DNA of 64,000 bases from a virus. Position numbers and translations under genes: made by a program. The notes beneath the pieces were generated by a model. The model was given only the letters and a program-made list of their open reading frames with translations, searched no databases and was not told where the DNA came from. Shown one piece after another: positions 1 through 11,400 of this stretch. Position 1 is the stretch's first letter; the number at the start of each line of letters is the position of its first letter. Where the stretch lies: IMG/VR virus record IMGVR_UViG_3300028027_000054, positions 15,807 to 79,806 of that record; one strand, 5' to 3'.

Positions 1-354
1 GCCAAGACCTTTGGTACTGCCTGGAACAACAGGATGAACCTGGGACTCATGAATGCAACCAATCCTATGTACAACATTGATAACATATCTGGTCGTTCTT
101 TCTTTAAGAAAGGCTATGATGTATCTAAGCTTGGTACAATGGGTAGCGGTGCCGGTGGTGACTGGGCTTCTATTGGTGCAGACTTTATGGATGCACGTTC
201 CAAGTCTGGTATTGCTGATCTCTCTTTTGATCAGTACTTAAAGATAAAAGGATACAGCACCAGCTCTGATAAGAATGGTGATGGTATTCCTGACCAGACA
301 ACCAGGAGAGCTACCGCAGCTAAATTCGGAGGATACCTGACTTATCCATTTTGA
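1..354 (+). CDS. 3' end of a virion/cargo protein gene (probably truncated by the window start)
   Basis: Frame is open from base 1 to TGA at 352-354. Gly-rich C-terminus, directly upstream of the ejected-protein cluster. Confidence 0.55.
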   Translation, partial: AKTFGTAWNNRMNLGLMNATNPMYNIDNISGRSFFKKGYDVSKLGTMGSGAGGDWASIGADFMDARSKSGIADLSFDQYLKIKGYSTSSDKNGDGIPDQTTRRATAAKFGGYLTYPF

Positions 355-410
355 TTTTGTAGAGGTATATAAACCTCTCAAGTTTAATGCTAAACTTTAG
401 AGATTTTTCA

Positions 411-427
411 GTATATTATAATGTAGA
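411..427 (+). promoter_or_regulatory. Putative late-promoter motif GTATATTATAATGTAGA
   Basis: 16/17 identical to GTATATTATATTGTAGA at 41635-41651. Both follow AGATTTT and both precede + strand late-type gene blocks. Confidence 0.55.
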
Positions 428-429
428 CT

Positions 430-2919
430 ATGGCATCCTTCATACCCAATGTAACTGATATTTTTCCGGACCCGTCCATGTACAGACCGGACTTCTCATT
501 CTTAGACACCATGCTAAGGAGAAGGCAAGCTATGTACAACCAGGGCTTTGCCGAGTTGTCTAGTAAGTACAGCAGTCTTGCAAAGAACCTGACCAATCCT
601 TATAACTCTAAGGTGAGGAACCAGTTCCTGCAAGAAGCCCAGAACGAACTGAAGAACCTTTCTGCCATGGATCTTTCCCAGCAGCAGAATGTTCAGACAG
701 CGACAAACGTATTCACCCCTCTATATGGCAATCAGAATGTAATGGGTGATCTTGCTGTTACCGCTCACTGGGACCAGCAGGAACAGATCGCTGAGTCTTT
801 CCGTTTAAAAGATGGGGGAAAAGAGTTTAGCCAGGACAACATTGACTTTGTAAGGATGCAGCGTAATGCATTCTCTCAGGACAGACCTGAAAATGTAGGT
901 TCTTACCTGGGCAGCAAACGTTCTTATACTCCGTATTATGATTACGCCAAGGAGTATAAAGAAGCCATGGCGGCATACAAGCCAAATAAATCAAAGATCA
1001 GCAGGCCTGATGGTCGTGGTTATATGATCACAGAAGAAGACGGCTCTTATGACGCTGAGGATGTAAAGCTCTATTTGAGCAGCGTGCTCAGTAGTAAAGC
1101 AAAAAGCCAGATGGCTATTGAAGGTGTAGTAAGATACTCCAACAACCCTGCTGTATTTGATACGTATACCAAAGGTCTGGGTAAAACTGAAAAGTTCCTA
1201 CAGACAAGGATTCAGGAGTTTGAAGGAAAAATGATGGCTGAAAAGGATCCTGCAAAAAGACAGGAATACCAATCAGGTTTGGACATGCTTAAAGAAAAGC
1301 TTGAGGAAGTTGGTGGTGAGAAAGTAAACATGCAGAACCCTGATTACATCAGCAGAAACAAAGAGAACATAGCCTCTAACCTATACTACTCTGATAAGAT
1401 CGCAGAGCTTTCTAAAGGGTATGCCCGTAAAGATTATACCTACGAGATCAAAGCCGACGATACCTATCTTACACGCCTGCGTGAAGCTGGTCTGAACCAA
1501 AGACACAGAGAGACACTGGCAGACAACGAAAAGAACCGGTCTAATGATCGTCTGCTCAAACAAGTGGATCTGGGTCTGCTCACCTTTGATACCCGTGGTA
1601 ACATTGTCCGTGTTCAAGACCAACCGTTTACAGTACCTACTACGGAAATGAAAGAAGGGTTGGGTTATAAACAGTTTCAAGAGCAGAAGAAGTCTGTAGA
1701 AAATGCCCAGATAGATGCCCGCAATAATCTTAAGAAATACTTCTACGCTACCAATCCTATTTATGAACAACAGGGTATTAAGATTACTGACCCTAAAGTA
1801 GAGGCAGGTTTTGACCAGTTTATTACTGATCAGACAACGTTGTTAAAAGATAATCCTAAGAGTAATCAACTGTCTACAAAGTTCTTGCAGTTTAGAAGTA
1901 CGGTAGAAGCTGCACAGCTTCAACTTGCAGGCTTTGCTGAAAAGGAAAGAAAAGCTAACGTTGCTTTTAAAGATGATCTAAAAGGTGTTAGAGAAGAGGT
2001 TAATAAAATCTTTGGGGGTGGGTCTAAAGAATTAAATATGTATGATCCTTCTACAGGTAAATACACCAAGGTTAAAATAAATGCTGACAAGTTTATAGAA
2101 CTGTATTTGAACTCTCCTAATAATTATAATCTAGGACCTAATACTAAAAATGGAGTGGTAGACGAGAATGGTCTGAATATTGTTATTGATGGAAAAAAGA
2201 TGACTTTTTTAGCAGGTACAGGTGCTGAATTCAAGCAAGCCTTTAAGCTTTTAAGTTCTAATAATGCATCTATTAGCAATGCTACTAAGCGTTTTAATCA
2301 GATGTATGACCAGCAGTATGTTCAGAATGAAGTGATGCTTCGTCCTATTAACGAGAAAGATCCAGTGGTGATAGCTGCTAAAAACAACATGCAGAACGCT
2401 ACATTGGTTAGTGCTGACAACATTGTGATCAGCGGATACAACAAAGGCAAGTACATGTTTGGTTTTAAAGCAGGTGTTAACAAAGACAACCTTCCTTCAG
2501 AAGAAGAGTTGGCTGCCATGGGTGTAAAACGTGCACCTGGGTATACCGATGAGAATCCAAAGTTTGTGGTAGAGAGCACCTTATTTGCTCCACGTACCGG
2601 TGAGACTCAGTATAGTGCAAGAGAACAAGTTATTAATGACTTCTTCCAAGGTATGGGTAACGCTACAGAGAGTGATCGTGAAGTGGTGTATGGAACTCCT
2701 TCAGGTATGTTGACAGTAGGTGAAGGTCTTAATCCAATCCAGATTATTAAAACATCTCGTTACGGACAGTCAGACACCTATGACATAAAAGATGAGTTAA
2801 CCGGTATTATGATTAATGCTGGTGTTCCATTAAATATTGATATGGTAATAGAAACCATGAGAAAAATTGAAACAGATCCTACGTTCTTTTCAAGGATGAG
2901 AAATCATAAATCTAAATAA
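430..2919 (+). CDS. Virion-ejected/cargo protein, 829 aa (crAss-like vRNAP cluster)
   Basis: Long, helical/coiled-coil-like ORF, first of four giant co-oriented ORFs around the vRNAP. Call rests on synteny. Confidence 0.65.
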   Translation: MASFIPNVTDIFPDPSMYRPDFSFLDTMLRRRQAMYNQGFAELSSKYSSLAKNLTNPYNSKVRNQFLQEAQNELKNLSAMDLSQQQNVQTATNVFTPLYGNQNVMGDLAVTAHWDQQEQIAESFRLKDGGKEFSQDNIDFVRMQRNAFSQDRPENVGSYLGSKRSYTPYYDYAKEYKEAMAAYKPNKSKISRPDGRGYMITEEDGSYDAEDVKLYLSSVLSSKAKSQMAIEGVVRYSNNPAVFDTYTKGLGKTEKFLQTRIQEFEGKMMAEKDPAKRQEYQSGLDMLKEKLEEVGGEKVNMQNPDYISRNKENIASNLYYSDKIAELSKGYARKDYTYEIKADDTYLTRLREAGLNQRHRETLADNEKNRSNDRLLKQVDLGLLTFDTRGNIVRVQDQPFTVPTTEMKEGLGYKQFQEQKKSVENAQIDARNNLKKYFYATNPIYEQQGIKITDPKVEAGFDQFITDQTTLLKDNPKSNQLSTKFLQFRSTVEAAQLQLAGFAEKERKANVAFKDDLKGVREEVNKIFGGGSKELNMYDPSTGKYTKVKINADKFIELYLNSPNNYNLGPNTKNGVVDENGLNIVIDGKKMTFLAGTGAEFKQAFKLLSSNNASISNATKRFNQMYDQQYVQNEVMLRPINEKDPVVIAAKNNMQNATLVSADNIVISGYNKGKYMFGFKAGVNKDNLPSEEELAAMGVKRAPGYTDENPKFVVESTLFAPRTGETQYSAREQVINDFFQGMGNATESDREVVYGTPSGMLTVGEGLNPIQIIKTSRYGQSDTYDIKDELTGIMINAGVPLNIDMVIETMRKIETDPTFFSRMRNHKSK

Positions 2920-2932
2920 CTAAGTAGTTCCC

Positions 2933-5900
2933 ATGGCTGAAGACTTTCCGCAACAAATGCTGAATACCGGTATTCCTGCAGGACTGCTTGATGGTAAAGG
3001 TGTGCCAGTATCTCCTTGGGCTACAACGCCTGCAAGTCAGGTAAATGACCCTAATGTTGATCCGAGACATGTTTTAATGGGTCAGGTAACTCGTGCTATA
3101 CCAAGTAGTCTTAGTGGTCCTATTCGTTCTTCTGCAAGAGAAGCTGAAAAATATATTGGGCAGGACTTTGGATTCCTGCCTTCTTCTGTCCGGGATAATG
3201 AAGACTTCTATGCCCAGTATCAGTCTGGTATGGAGAAGATCGGTAAAGGACTATTAAAACTCCCACTATATACCGTAACCAAACTTGGATCAGGTGTAGG
3301 CTTTATTGCCGGTATGGCCAATCCAGTAAACTGGTTTGCAGAAGATGGTTACATCTCTGCTGTAGCTGACAACTCGATCAGCGGGTTCTTTGACAGCTGG
3401 GAACAGGATATCAAGAACCAATGGTTACCCACTTTTCAGGAGGCTGAAGACCAGGATAAAGGTTTCTTTGCAAGAGCAGCTACTGATGTTGACTTCTGGA
3501 CTGAAGACTTTGTAGATGGTTTGGCGTTCATGGCGTCTGCTTGGGTACCAGGTATGGCACTTAGTAAGGTGGGAGCAGGAGCTAAAGCCATTGCAGGCTT
3601 GGCTAAGTTTGGATCCAGGGGACTGGGAGCTGTTGGGGAGTCTGTAGAAGCTGTTGCAGCTACTACAAACTATTTCAAGAATGCAGCTAAATATGCTAAG
3701 ACCTTAGATAAGTTCAATGCCTGGGCTCTGGCAACTTCTTCTGAAGCTATGTTTGAAGCCAAGGGTGTCAAGGAAAATGTTTTAAAGTCTTTGGAAGGTC
3801 TTGACATGCCTGAGTCTGAGAAAAAGAAGATAGCTGGTGATAATGCCCGTAATGCATTCTTGATGAATGCTGCTCTTCTTGGTGCTACCAACGTCTTTGA
3901 ACTTTCACTGGTTTCTAAAATGCTTAATAAAACCAGTGGTGTAGCGTCAGGTATTACAGGTGGTGCTAAGCTGGGAGAAGATGTAGCCGTAAAACAGGCT
4001 ACAACCCAAGTGGGTAAGTTCCTGGAAAGCGGGTTTGGCAGGTTTGCTAAAGACGCTACTGCTGGTGTATTCCGTGAAGGTTTTATAGAAGAGAATGGAC
4101 AGCTGGCTATTCAACGATTCAATGAACAGTATGGTGCTGCCGGTAAGGTGGCAGACATGCTGGATTTTAATACTTATGCTGAACTGGGTGGGAACTACCT
4201 GAAGCAAACCTACGGAGCACTGGCAGGTGATGACACAGAAGCTGCTACCAGCATTGGTCTGGGTGGTATCCTGGGAGGTGGTATGACCGCTATCGGTAAT
4301 GCCCGCCAGGCTCCTAAAGATAAACTCACTACAGAAGAGGCCGTTGACTACTATAACAAGTCCCAGGAAAGCTGGTTGAAGTTTGGTAACATCTACCAGA
4401 CAGAACAAGTTGTTACTAAAGACGCCAGTGGTAACGATGTAGTCACTGAAAAGATAAAGCTGGATCAGAACAACCAGCCGATGATGGACCAGCAGAAACT
4501 GGCTGGTATAGCCAGCTCGGTAAGATCCAACGCTGCTGCTATAGATCAGACGGACAATGACACAAACATGACCCGTCGCAACCTAGTAAGGGATAACGCC
4601 TTTGCAGATTTTGTACTGGCCCATGTCAACGCCAACATGGAAGATACCCTGTTGGAGAAGCTTGATGCTATTGCAAACAGCTCACCTGAAGAGCTGGCCA
4701 AGCTCGGTTTTGTAGCAGATAAGACCCTGCCTGAACAGATTGCCCGTTATAAGTCACTAGCCAGTACGATCATCAAGCAGAATAAGATCATCAATGCAGA
4801 TATCATATTTGATGGTTCTAAAGAAGACGCTGCAAGAAAATCCCGTCTGACGCAACTTGCTGCCCAGCAAGCTGTGTACAAAGGTCTTGCTGCAGAAGAA
4901 CAGGTAAAATATAATGAGATCCGTAACCAGGCCGTCAGCTCTGAAAACTCTTCTTTGTCAGATGGTCTTGTAGAACAGCTTAACGGTATCAAGCTTAGGA
5001 TCACTAGCCAGGAACAGTTCATCAAGGAGCTTAAAGCTCAACCCAATAATCTCACCAAGTCACAGATAAAAGTAGCACAGGATCTTTTAGATAACCTTAA
5101 AGAACAGCTGGCAAGTCTGGAGAAGACCAACGAGCTGTCTGTAAAGAACCTGAAGACGTTCAACAACGGGTTATACCAGTTTGAGAAGGATGCCCGCAAT
5201 GAAGTGGCTTATCTGATTCCCATGCTGAAAAGGATGAAGTACAAAGGTGAGCTAGATAACCACGTTGAAACCCTCGGAAAAGAATGGGGATACTATGCAG
5301 ATTTCAATGATGGTAAGAAGAACTTCCTGGACATGTTCATTGAACAGCAGATCCAGGGACCTGTAAATAGCATTATAGAAGCAGAAAACAACCAGCCTCA
5401 ACTTCCACCAGCTGCTCTGGCATCGCCACAAGGTCCAGCTACTCCTCCTCCTGGTCCTTCTGCAGGGCCACAACCTGGTGGTGCTGCACAGACACAACCT
5501 GCCCCTACTCAGCAACAGACTTATGATGACCTGGAGAAGTTCCTTCAGGCAGAGTATGACATGGTAAAGCAAGCTCTGGAGGCTCAGGGAAACCCTGTGC
5601 CCAGTTATACAGACTGGAAACGTACTGCAGGCATAGAAGCTACTAAGCGTTTTATGGCTAAGAAAGGACAGCAACAACAAGGTGCACAGCAACAACCTGC
5701 AGCTACCCCTGCTCTTACAGAAATGGAAAAAGCAGAAGAAAGGTTAAGACAAATATGGAACACCATAGGAAACGGTCCAGGTAGAAACGCAATAGAAGAT
5801 GGTTGGACTGAGTCATTTGGACTTTTAGGTGATACTCTGAGTGTTGGTGGAGACAACCTGCAAGCTCATGGTATGGGTAAATCCGGGTTTGCTTACGCTA

Positions 5901-8461
5901 TAAAAGACTTGTTTGATCTATTCAAAAAAGGAATAGATCCTAACAGAGGTGGTGGTCGTTTGTATACTGCCCCACTTGCTGTGTCTAAAGAAAATAAAGC
6001 AGCTGCTTCTGCAACAGGAACATCTGGAGGAACAGCTTATGCAGACGGTTCATTTATGTTGGTTGCCAAAAAAGGAATTCTTGGCATAAGCAATGTAAAT
6101 GATATTGGTGGTATCCTTGTTAACAGCGGCTTAACCGATATCAACCCAGAAATTCTTACAGAACTAAGAAAAGCTTTCCCTGGTTTAGTTATAGAAAGTT
6201 ACAAAGGTGCTAAAGAACTAGTACAGAAACTTAATAATAACGCTCCACAAACTTCTACTTCTGCACCGGCAGCTCCTGTAGTTACAGATGTTGAAGAACC
6301 CGCTGAACAAACTACCAAAGAAGAACAACAGGCTCCTGCATCTACGTTAGAGAAAGAACTGAATGACCTGGCTAACCAACTCCGTAATGATGTTGGTATT
6401 CGGACTGAGCTTAGGTTCATGAAAGCTGGATCTATTGGATATGATAAAGACGGTAACAAGTACCAGTTAGTATCTAAGAAAGATAAGTACGGACGCAGCC
6501 TTGAGTATCGTAAGAACGATGGACAGGAACAAAGCTTTAATCCAAAGACAGCTTCTCAGCAATCTGGCAGCCTGGATTATTATCCTGAAGGGTTTGTTAA
6601 CTTATACAGTAAGAACCCCAAAGCTACCTTTGACAAGTACGAGAAAGATAAAGCTGCCATAGAAGAAAAGTACAGGCAGATAGAGGCTGCTAAAGCCCAG
6701 GCAGAGCAGAGTCAGTCTCAAGCAGACCAGACTGATCCGGAAGAAGAGGATACATCTAAAGATGTCAAGGACTTTGTACAGGACATTAACAAGAACCGTA
6801 CCCAGTCTAACCAGAACAATGCTTTTGCCAATGCGGAATACCAGGAAGGTTTCAGGCAGGTGGCTCCTTCTAACTCACTGGCCAACACTACAGATCTGGT
6901 AAACGTAGTAGAGTTTGCAGCTAACCAGATCCGCTATGAAAGAGGAGATGTAAACAAGAACTATGTCTTTGATGTAGCTACCAGCACTTTTATGCCCGGT
7001 CAAAAGGTTACATATAAAGTCATGGTGGATGGTTTTGAACCCGTGGTGAACCGTCTCACTGGTGAGATGTATGATAAGAGTGCTCTATACAATGAGAACT
7101 GGAATGCTGTACAGAGCATGTTTGACTTTATTCCTATCGGGGTGTTTGCTAACATCCGTGGAAAAGAAGTCATGATCGGTACCATACATGAACCACAGTG
7201 GATTGAGTATAAGATCGGTAACAAGTATCCGCACATTGCTGTTCCTCAGGACCAGATTGACCAGGCAGTGCCTGATGTAGTAAAAGAACAGGTCCAAAAA
7301 AATAGAGAACTTCGTAAGTTTATCTTGGAGAACTACAACCAAAATCATAACTTTGTTATAGAGGGAGTTGTAGAAGATAAATCCATGGGTATACTAAGAA
7401 CTACAGAATCTGTTGATCCTATCAGCAAGCGGGTAAATCCGAAGATTGCAGAAGGCGGTACAGACAACCGTCATGGTATGTTTGGTATCGTCAAGGACGG
7501 TATGATCCAGTCAGACCGTAATGTAGAAATAGACAACATCATCCCTACAGAATCTTTCTCTCCTCAAAATATTGCTAACTATCAGGGTGTAGCAGTGCTT
7601 ATGTTGCCGACACCACTGGGCAAATGGTTCCCTTCCTTTATCCAACTGCCCAATGTTTCTACAGAGCAGTCTGAGTTTATCATTGAAGCATGGAAAGCTT
7701 TTACAAAACAGACCAATAATCCGGAAATAGTAAAAGCAGTGTATGATGCCATGGGTCTTACCCAGTCTGCCGACAGTTTTGCTGTTGGTGTACTGAGAGA
7801 TTACATCCACCACTACATCACAATAGTAGATGAGAAAGGAATATCCCGTACAGGAACAGGTAGTGAGCTTTCTCCAGGCAGTGCCAGGATAAACATTACA
7901 AACAAGGGAGGCCTGGAACTGCAGGTAAAAGGTTTAGACCGCAGTTGGTATACCACCGCTGAGCCGATCATGAAAGCAGAAAACCTGCCGGTAGACTACC
8001 TGCAGAAGATGAGCAACCTGAAAACCACTATTAGGTTTGAAAATGCTAAGAATGACAGCTTAAAAGGGATCAACTCTACAGACAAAGCCACCATACTTTC
8101 TATTAAGAACGGTAAGCTGGTCAAAGAAAACATAACGTACAACCAGTACATTATGGACCGTGCAGGAACTTTTGTAGACAACGGTATCCCAAGTAAGAAT
8201 GCCTTTGGTGACTGGGTGTATTTTGCCAACCCTGTGGTGAAGATGAAAATGACCAATGCTTCAGATCCTAATGAAGGACAGTCTGAATCTAAAAAAGAAG
8301 TAACACCTACTCCTACAGTAGACCAGGTTAACACACCTCGTGAAGATAAAGGTGCGGCTCTCCTGGCAGCTCTTAAATCCAAGAGGCTTCAGGAAGAGCA
8401 GATGGAAGAACAGAAGAAAAACTGTACTAGCCTGAGAAGCAAGCTTGATAACATAATGTAA
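2933..8461 (+). CDS. Large virion-ejected protein, 1842 aa, with N-terminal hydrophobic Gly/Ala-rich segments and inserted domains
   Basis: Membrane-like segments (e.g. LGSGVGFIAGMA, IGLGGILGGGM), a coiled coil, and P/Q/A-rich linkers flanking inserts. Lies just upstream of the vRNAP. Confidence 0.7.
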   Translation: MAEDFPQQMLNTGIPAGLLDGKGVPVSPWATTPASQVNDPNVDPRHVLMGQVTRAIPSSLSGPIRSSAREAEKYIGQDFGFLPSSVRDNEDFYAQYQSGMEKIGKGLLKLPLYTVTKLGSGVGFIAGMANPVNWFAEDGYISAVADNSISGFFDSWEQDIKNQWLPTFQEAEDQDKGFFARAATDVDFWTEDFVDGLAFMASAWVPGMALSKVGAGAKAIAGLAKFGSRGLGAVGESVEAVAATTNYFKNAAKYAKTLDKFNAWALATSSEAMFEAKGVKENVLKSLEGLDMPESEKKKIAGDNARNAFLMNAALLGATNVFELSLVSKMLNKTSGVASGITGGAKLGEDVAVKQATTQVGKFLESGFGRFAKDATAGVFREGFIEENGQLAIQRFNEQYGAAGKVADMLDFNTYAELGGNYLKQTYGALAGDDTEAATSIGLGGILGGGMTAIGNARQAPKDKLTTEEAVDYYNKSQESWLKFGNIYQTEQVVTKDASGNDVVTEKIKLDQNNQPMMDQQKLAGIASSVRSNAAAIDQTDNDTNMTRRNLVRDNAFADFVLAHVNANMEDTLLEKLDAIANSSPEELAKLGFVADKTLPEQIARYKSLASTIIKQNKIINADIIFDGSKEDAARKSRLTQLAAQQAVYKGLAAEEQVKYNEIRNQAVSSENSSLSDGLVEQLNGIKLRITSQEQFIKELKAQPNNLTKSQIKVAQDLLDNLKEQLASLEKTNELSVKNLKTFNNGLYQFEKDARNEVAYLIPMLKRMKYKGELDNHVETLGKEWGYYADFNDGKKNFLDMFIEQQIQGPVNSIIEAENNQPQLPPAALASPQGPATPPPGPSAGPQPGGAAQTQPAPTQQQTYDDLEKFLQAEYDMVKQALEAQGNPVPSYTDWKRTAGIEATKRFMAKKGQQQQGAQQQPAATPALTEMEKAEERLRQIWNTIGNGPGRNAIEDGWTESFGLLGDTLSVGGDNLQAHGMGKSGFAYAIKDLFDLFKKGIDPNRGGGRLYTAPLAVSKENKAAASATGTSGGTAYADGSFMLVAKKGILGISNVNDIGGILVNSGLTDINPEILTELRKAFPGLVIESYKGAKELVQKLNNNAPQTSTSAPAAPVVTDVEEPAEQTTKEEQQAPASTLEKELNDLANQLRNDVGIRTELRFMKAGSIGYDKDGNKYQLVSKKDKYGRSLEYRKNDGQEQSFNPKTASQQSGSLDYYPEGFVNLYSKNPKATFDKYEKDKAAIEEKYRQIEAAKAQAEQSQSQADQTDPEEEDTSKDVKDFVQDINKNRTQSNQNNAFANAEYQEGFRQVAPSNSLANTTDLVNVVEFAANQIRYERGDVNKNYVFDVATSTFMPGQKVTYKVMVDGFEPVVNRLTGEMYDKSALYNENWNAVQSMFDFIPIGVFANIRGKEVMIGTIHEPQWIEYKIGNKYPHIAVPQDQIDQAVPDVVKEQVQKNRELRKFILENYNQNHNFVIEGVVEDKSMGILRTTESVDPISKRVNPKIAEGGTDNRHGMFGIVKDGMIQSDRNVEIDNIIPTESFSPQNIANYQGVAVLMLPTPLGKWFPSFIQLPNVSTEQSEFIIEAWKAFTKQTNNPEIVKAVYDAMGLTQSADSFAVGVLRDYIHHYITIVDEKGISRTGTGSELSPGSARINITNKGGLELQVKGLDRSWYTTAEPIMKAENLPVDYLQKMSNLKTTIRFENAKNDSLKGINSTDKATILSIKNGKLVKENITYNQYIMDRAGTFVDNGIPSKNAFGDWVYFANPVVKMKMTNASDPNEGQSESKKEVTPTPTVDQVNTPREDKGAALLAALKSKRLQEEQMEEQKKNCTSLRSKLDNIM

Positions 8462-8477
8462 TCTTATCCTATACCCT

Positions 8478-11400
8478 ATGATTTGTCCTAACATTACCAG
8501 TCCGGAGTGGAAAGCTTTGGTTGCCAAGGTCGGTGAAAATCGTGCTTGGAAAGAGTTTTTGATATATGGAAAAACCCCCAGTGCTGATAACTATGAAATC
8601 ATAGATGCAGCAGCTGTGAAAGATAATACAGGTAAAGCATCTGAAGTTTTAGAATTTAGAGCTTTTCAGAGTTTTAAAGAGTATGAAGAGTTTCTGGAAG
8701 TAAAGAGGGATTTTACTAACGATTTTGCTAGTGCCTATCTAAAGCATTCTGCTGCTATAGATTTTGTTGATAGAATCTTTGATAAAGTTTTTCCTGGTGA
8801 AATGACCTGGGGTAACTACATTATTGATCCTAAAACAGGACAGACTAAGTTTATAGTAGATAATGAACCATTAGCAGGTATGACTGCAGAAGAGTTAAAC
8901 AAAATGGTTCGTGCTAAGTTCAACACATGGTTTAAAGCAAACCTTAAACGAGAGTTGGATACAGAAACCATTAACTTAAATGGTAAAGAAATAAATATTA
9001 AAAATCCTTCTACCACTGAAGAAAGAGTAGCACGTACAATTTTTGATCTTTTTGCTACCTTTAAACCAGCAGTTGAAAATTATGTATTTTCTAAAGAAGG
9101 TTTAGAAGCTGATGTTATTAATGACTTATCAGTTAAATACAAAGTTGTTGTCTATAATCCGGACAATGATGAAGACAAACAAGTGTTTCGTTCTATCAGG
9201 ACAAAATCTACTGAGCAGATTGCAGCAGGTATTAGTAAGGACCTGATCCGTTCACAGAAAGATCTGAAATATACTTCTCACATCATGGCCAGTGTGATCA
9301 ACACACTGGGTGATATAGCTCCTAACAGGAAGCTGGAGGTATCTCCGGCCCAGGCTTTTAATACCGTAAAGGGTATTTATGCTGAAGTGGCTGATAACCT
9401 GAAGATGGCCCTTAACGGTATCGTTGGTTCTGATCAGGACCTGGCGGAAGTAAAAGCTTCAGCGTCTTATAATGACATTCTCAATGAGTTTCCGGTATTG
9501 GCTTATGTCAACAGCTATGACGATATGGTCAGTGCTGCAGAAACGTATGATACTATAGTATCCAACTTTGATAAATATAAAGAATCTGTTGTAGCAGAGC
9601 TGGCCCGTAAGGGTATCCGTATGGGAAAAAACACCATACAGATGGTAGATCCTGCTGATGTAGCTGTACAGGAAGTTGATGACGCAGAAAACACAGAGAT
9701 CAGCCAGGATGAAATCGGTGATCGTTATGACCGCAGTGTTTTTGAAACCAATCCCCGTGACACAGCCAGCGTAAGGGTCAAAGCTCTTGTGCAAACCATT
9801 AAGACCGGTGAGTACGAACTAGGCATTCCCGTATATGCAGATCCAAATGATGTGTTTGCAGATATCCTGCAGGCTGGCAGTGAAATGGCACTTACTGGTT
9901 TTACGGATGCTTCCGGTAAGTTCCAGGCATTTAAGTTTGCCATCATCAAGCGTGCTGAGGCAAGACCCTATCTGAATGATTTTCTTACCAAGCTTAACCG
10001 CTTTGAGCAAAACAACGAGTGGGAAAAGATCAATGACATTCTAACTTTTGCCACTAAAGCATTTGCTAACGAGACCCTGCTTCTTTACAAGACCCGTAAA
10101 GATGGTAACCAGGTAACTGGTATCACTGACGTAAAAGTGATCAACGCCAACCGTGACACCGTGGAAGACCAGGTGTCAAGAGAGTGGCTGGAATCCCACA
10201 AGCAGTCTGCATTCTTTAATCGTTCTTCCCTGAATGAACTTAAAGTCAATCCTGAGAAACTGCAGAGACTGGGTAAGATCATTGAAGAAGGTAAAGCAGC
10301 TGTAGGACCAGCCAAGACCGCTAAGTTTAAAGAGTTCTTTGCTACACTGGGTATTGAGTTTACTGACGCTGAACTGGCTTATATAACTCCCCGTTTGTCT
10401 AAGGCACTTGGTAAAGGACCTGACTTTGATATCGTCTTTGGAAAGAAGAACCTTTTAGATAACATATACACTTCTTTTACAAAAAACGCCTCCCAGGTAT
10501 TTGATGATAACTATGGATTTCAGGATGAAAAAGGTAACATGCGTAAGCTGGCTACCCTGTACTATGAAGCCAACCCTGGAAGATATAAGCTGGCCTCAGC
10601 CCAGACTGCAGACGGTAAGCAGAAATACCTGTACATCCTGACCAACTTTATTGAAAAAAAGAAACGCCAGTGGAACCTGGGTCAGTACGCCAACGTCACC
10701 AATAGTGCTCTTGCCCGTCCCAACAGGTCTTTCTGGGATAAGGTAAAAAGCGGAGTGAACAGTTTTATACCCCAGTACTTTAACGGTATCCGTGAACAAC
10801 AAGCGGGTAAAGACGGTAAGGTGAGAAAGTCCCTTACTGAAAAAGAGCAGACCGTAACCATGTTGCTCAAGCATCAGGAGAATCTTAATGTCGCTACCTA
10901 TATCAACTTCACGTTGTCAGATAAGACCACTACCATAGAAACCAAAATGACCAAGGAGTTCTTTGTAGATGGTAATGACCAGCCTCTGGGTAAGGGTCGT
11001 GATTATATTGTAAACGAGAAAGGTGAGCTGCAGTTTACATCAGGCCTTGGACAAAGAGCTTATGATGCATTTGTAGCTCCTGAGGTGAGCCGTATCTTGG
11101 CTGCCATTAAACATGGCAAGGATATTAACCTGGAGAACTTCGACATAGCCAGTAAGCTGTTTTATTTTATTCCTTCCCTGAACTCCAATCCAAACCTGGA
11201 AGAGTTCCGTAGTGATCTGTATGCTGGTCAACTGACTATAGACCAGCTTAATGCCAAACATGGCACCGCTGTAGGTCAGGCTGTACTGGAAGACATGCAG
11301 CAGTCTGCAGAACAACAGATAGACCAGTTTATTGCCAACGGTATTTTGAAAGTAGAAAATGGTGCATACTCATTCCCAACTTCTATAAACGGGTTCAAGA

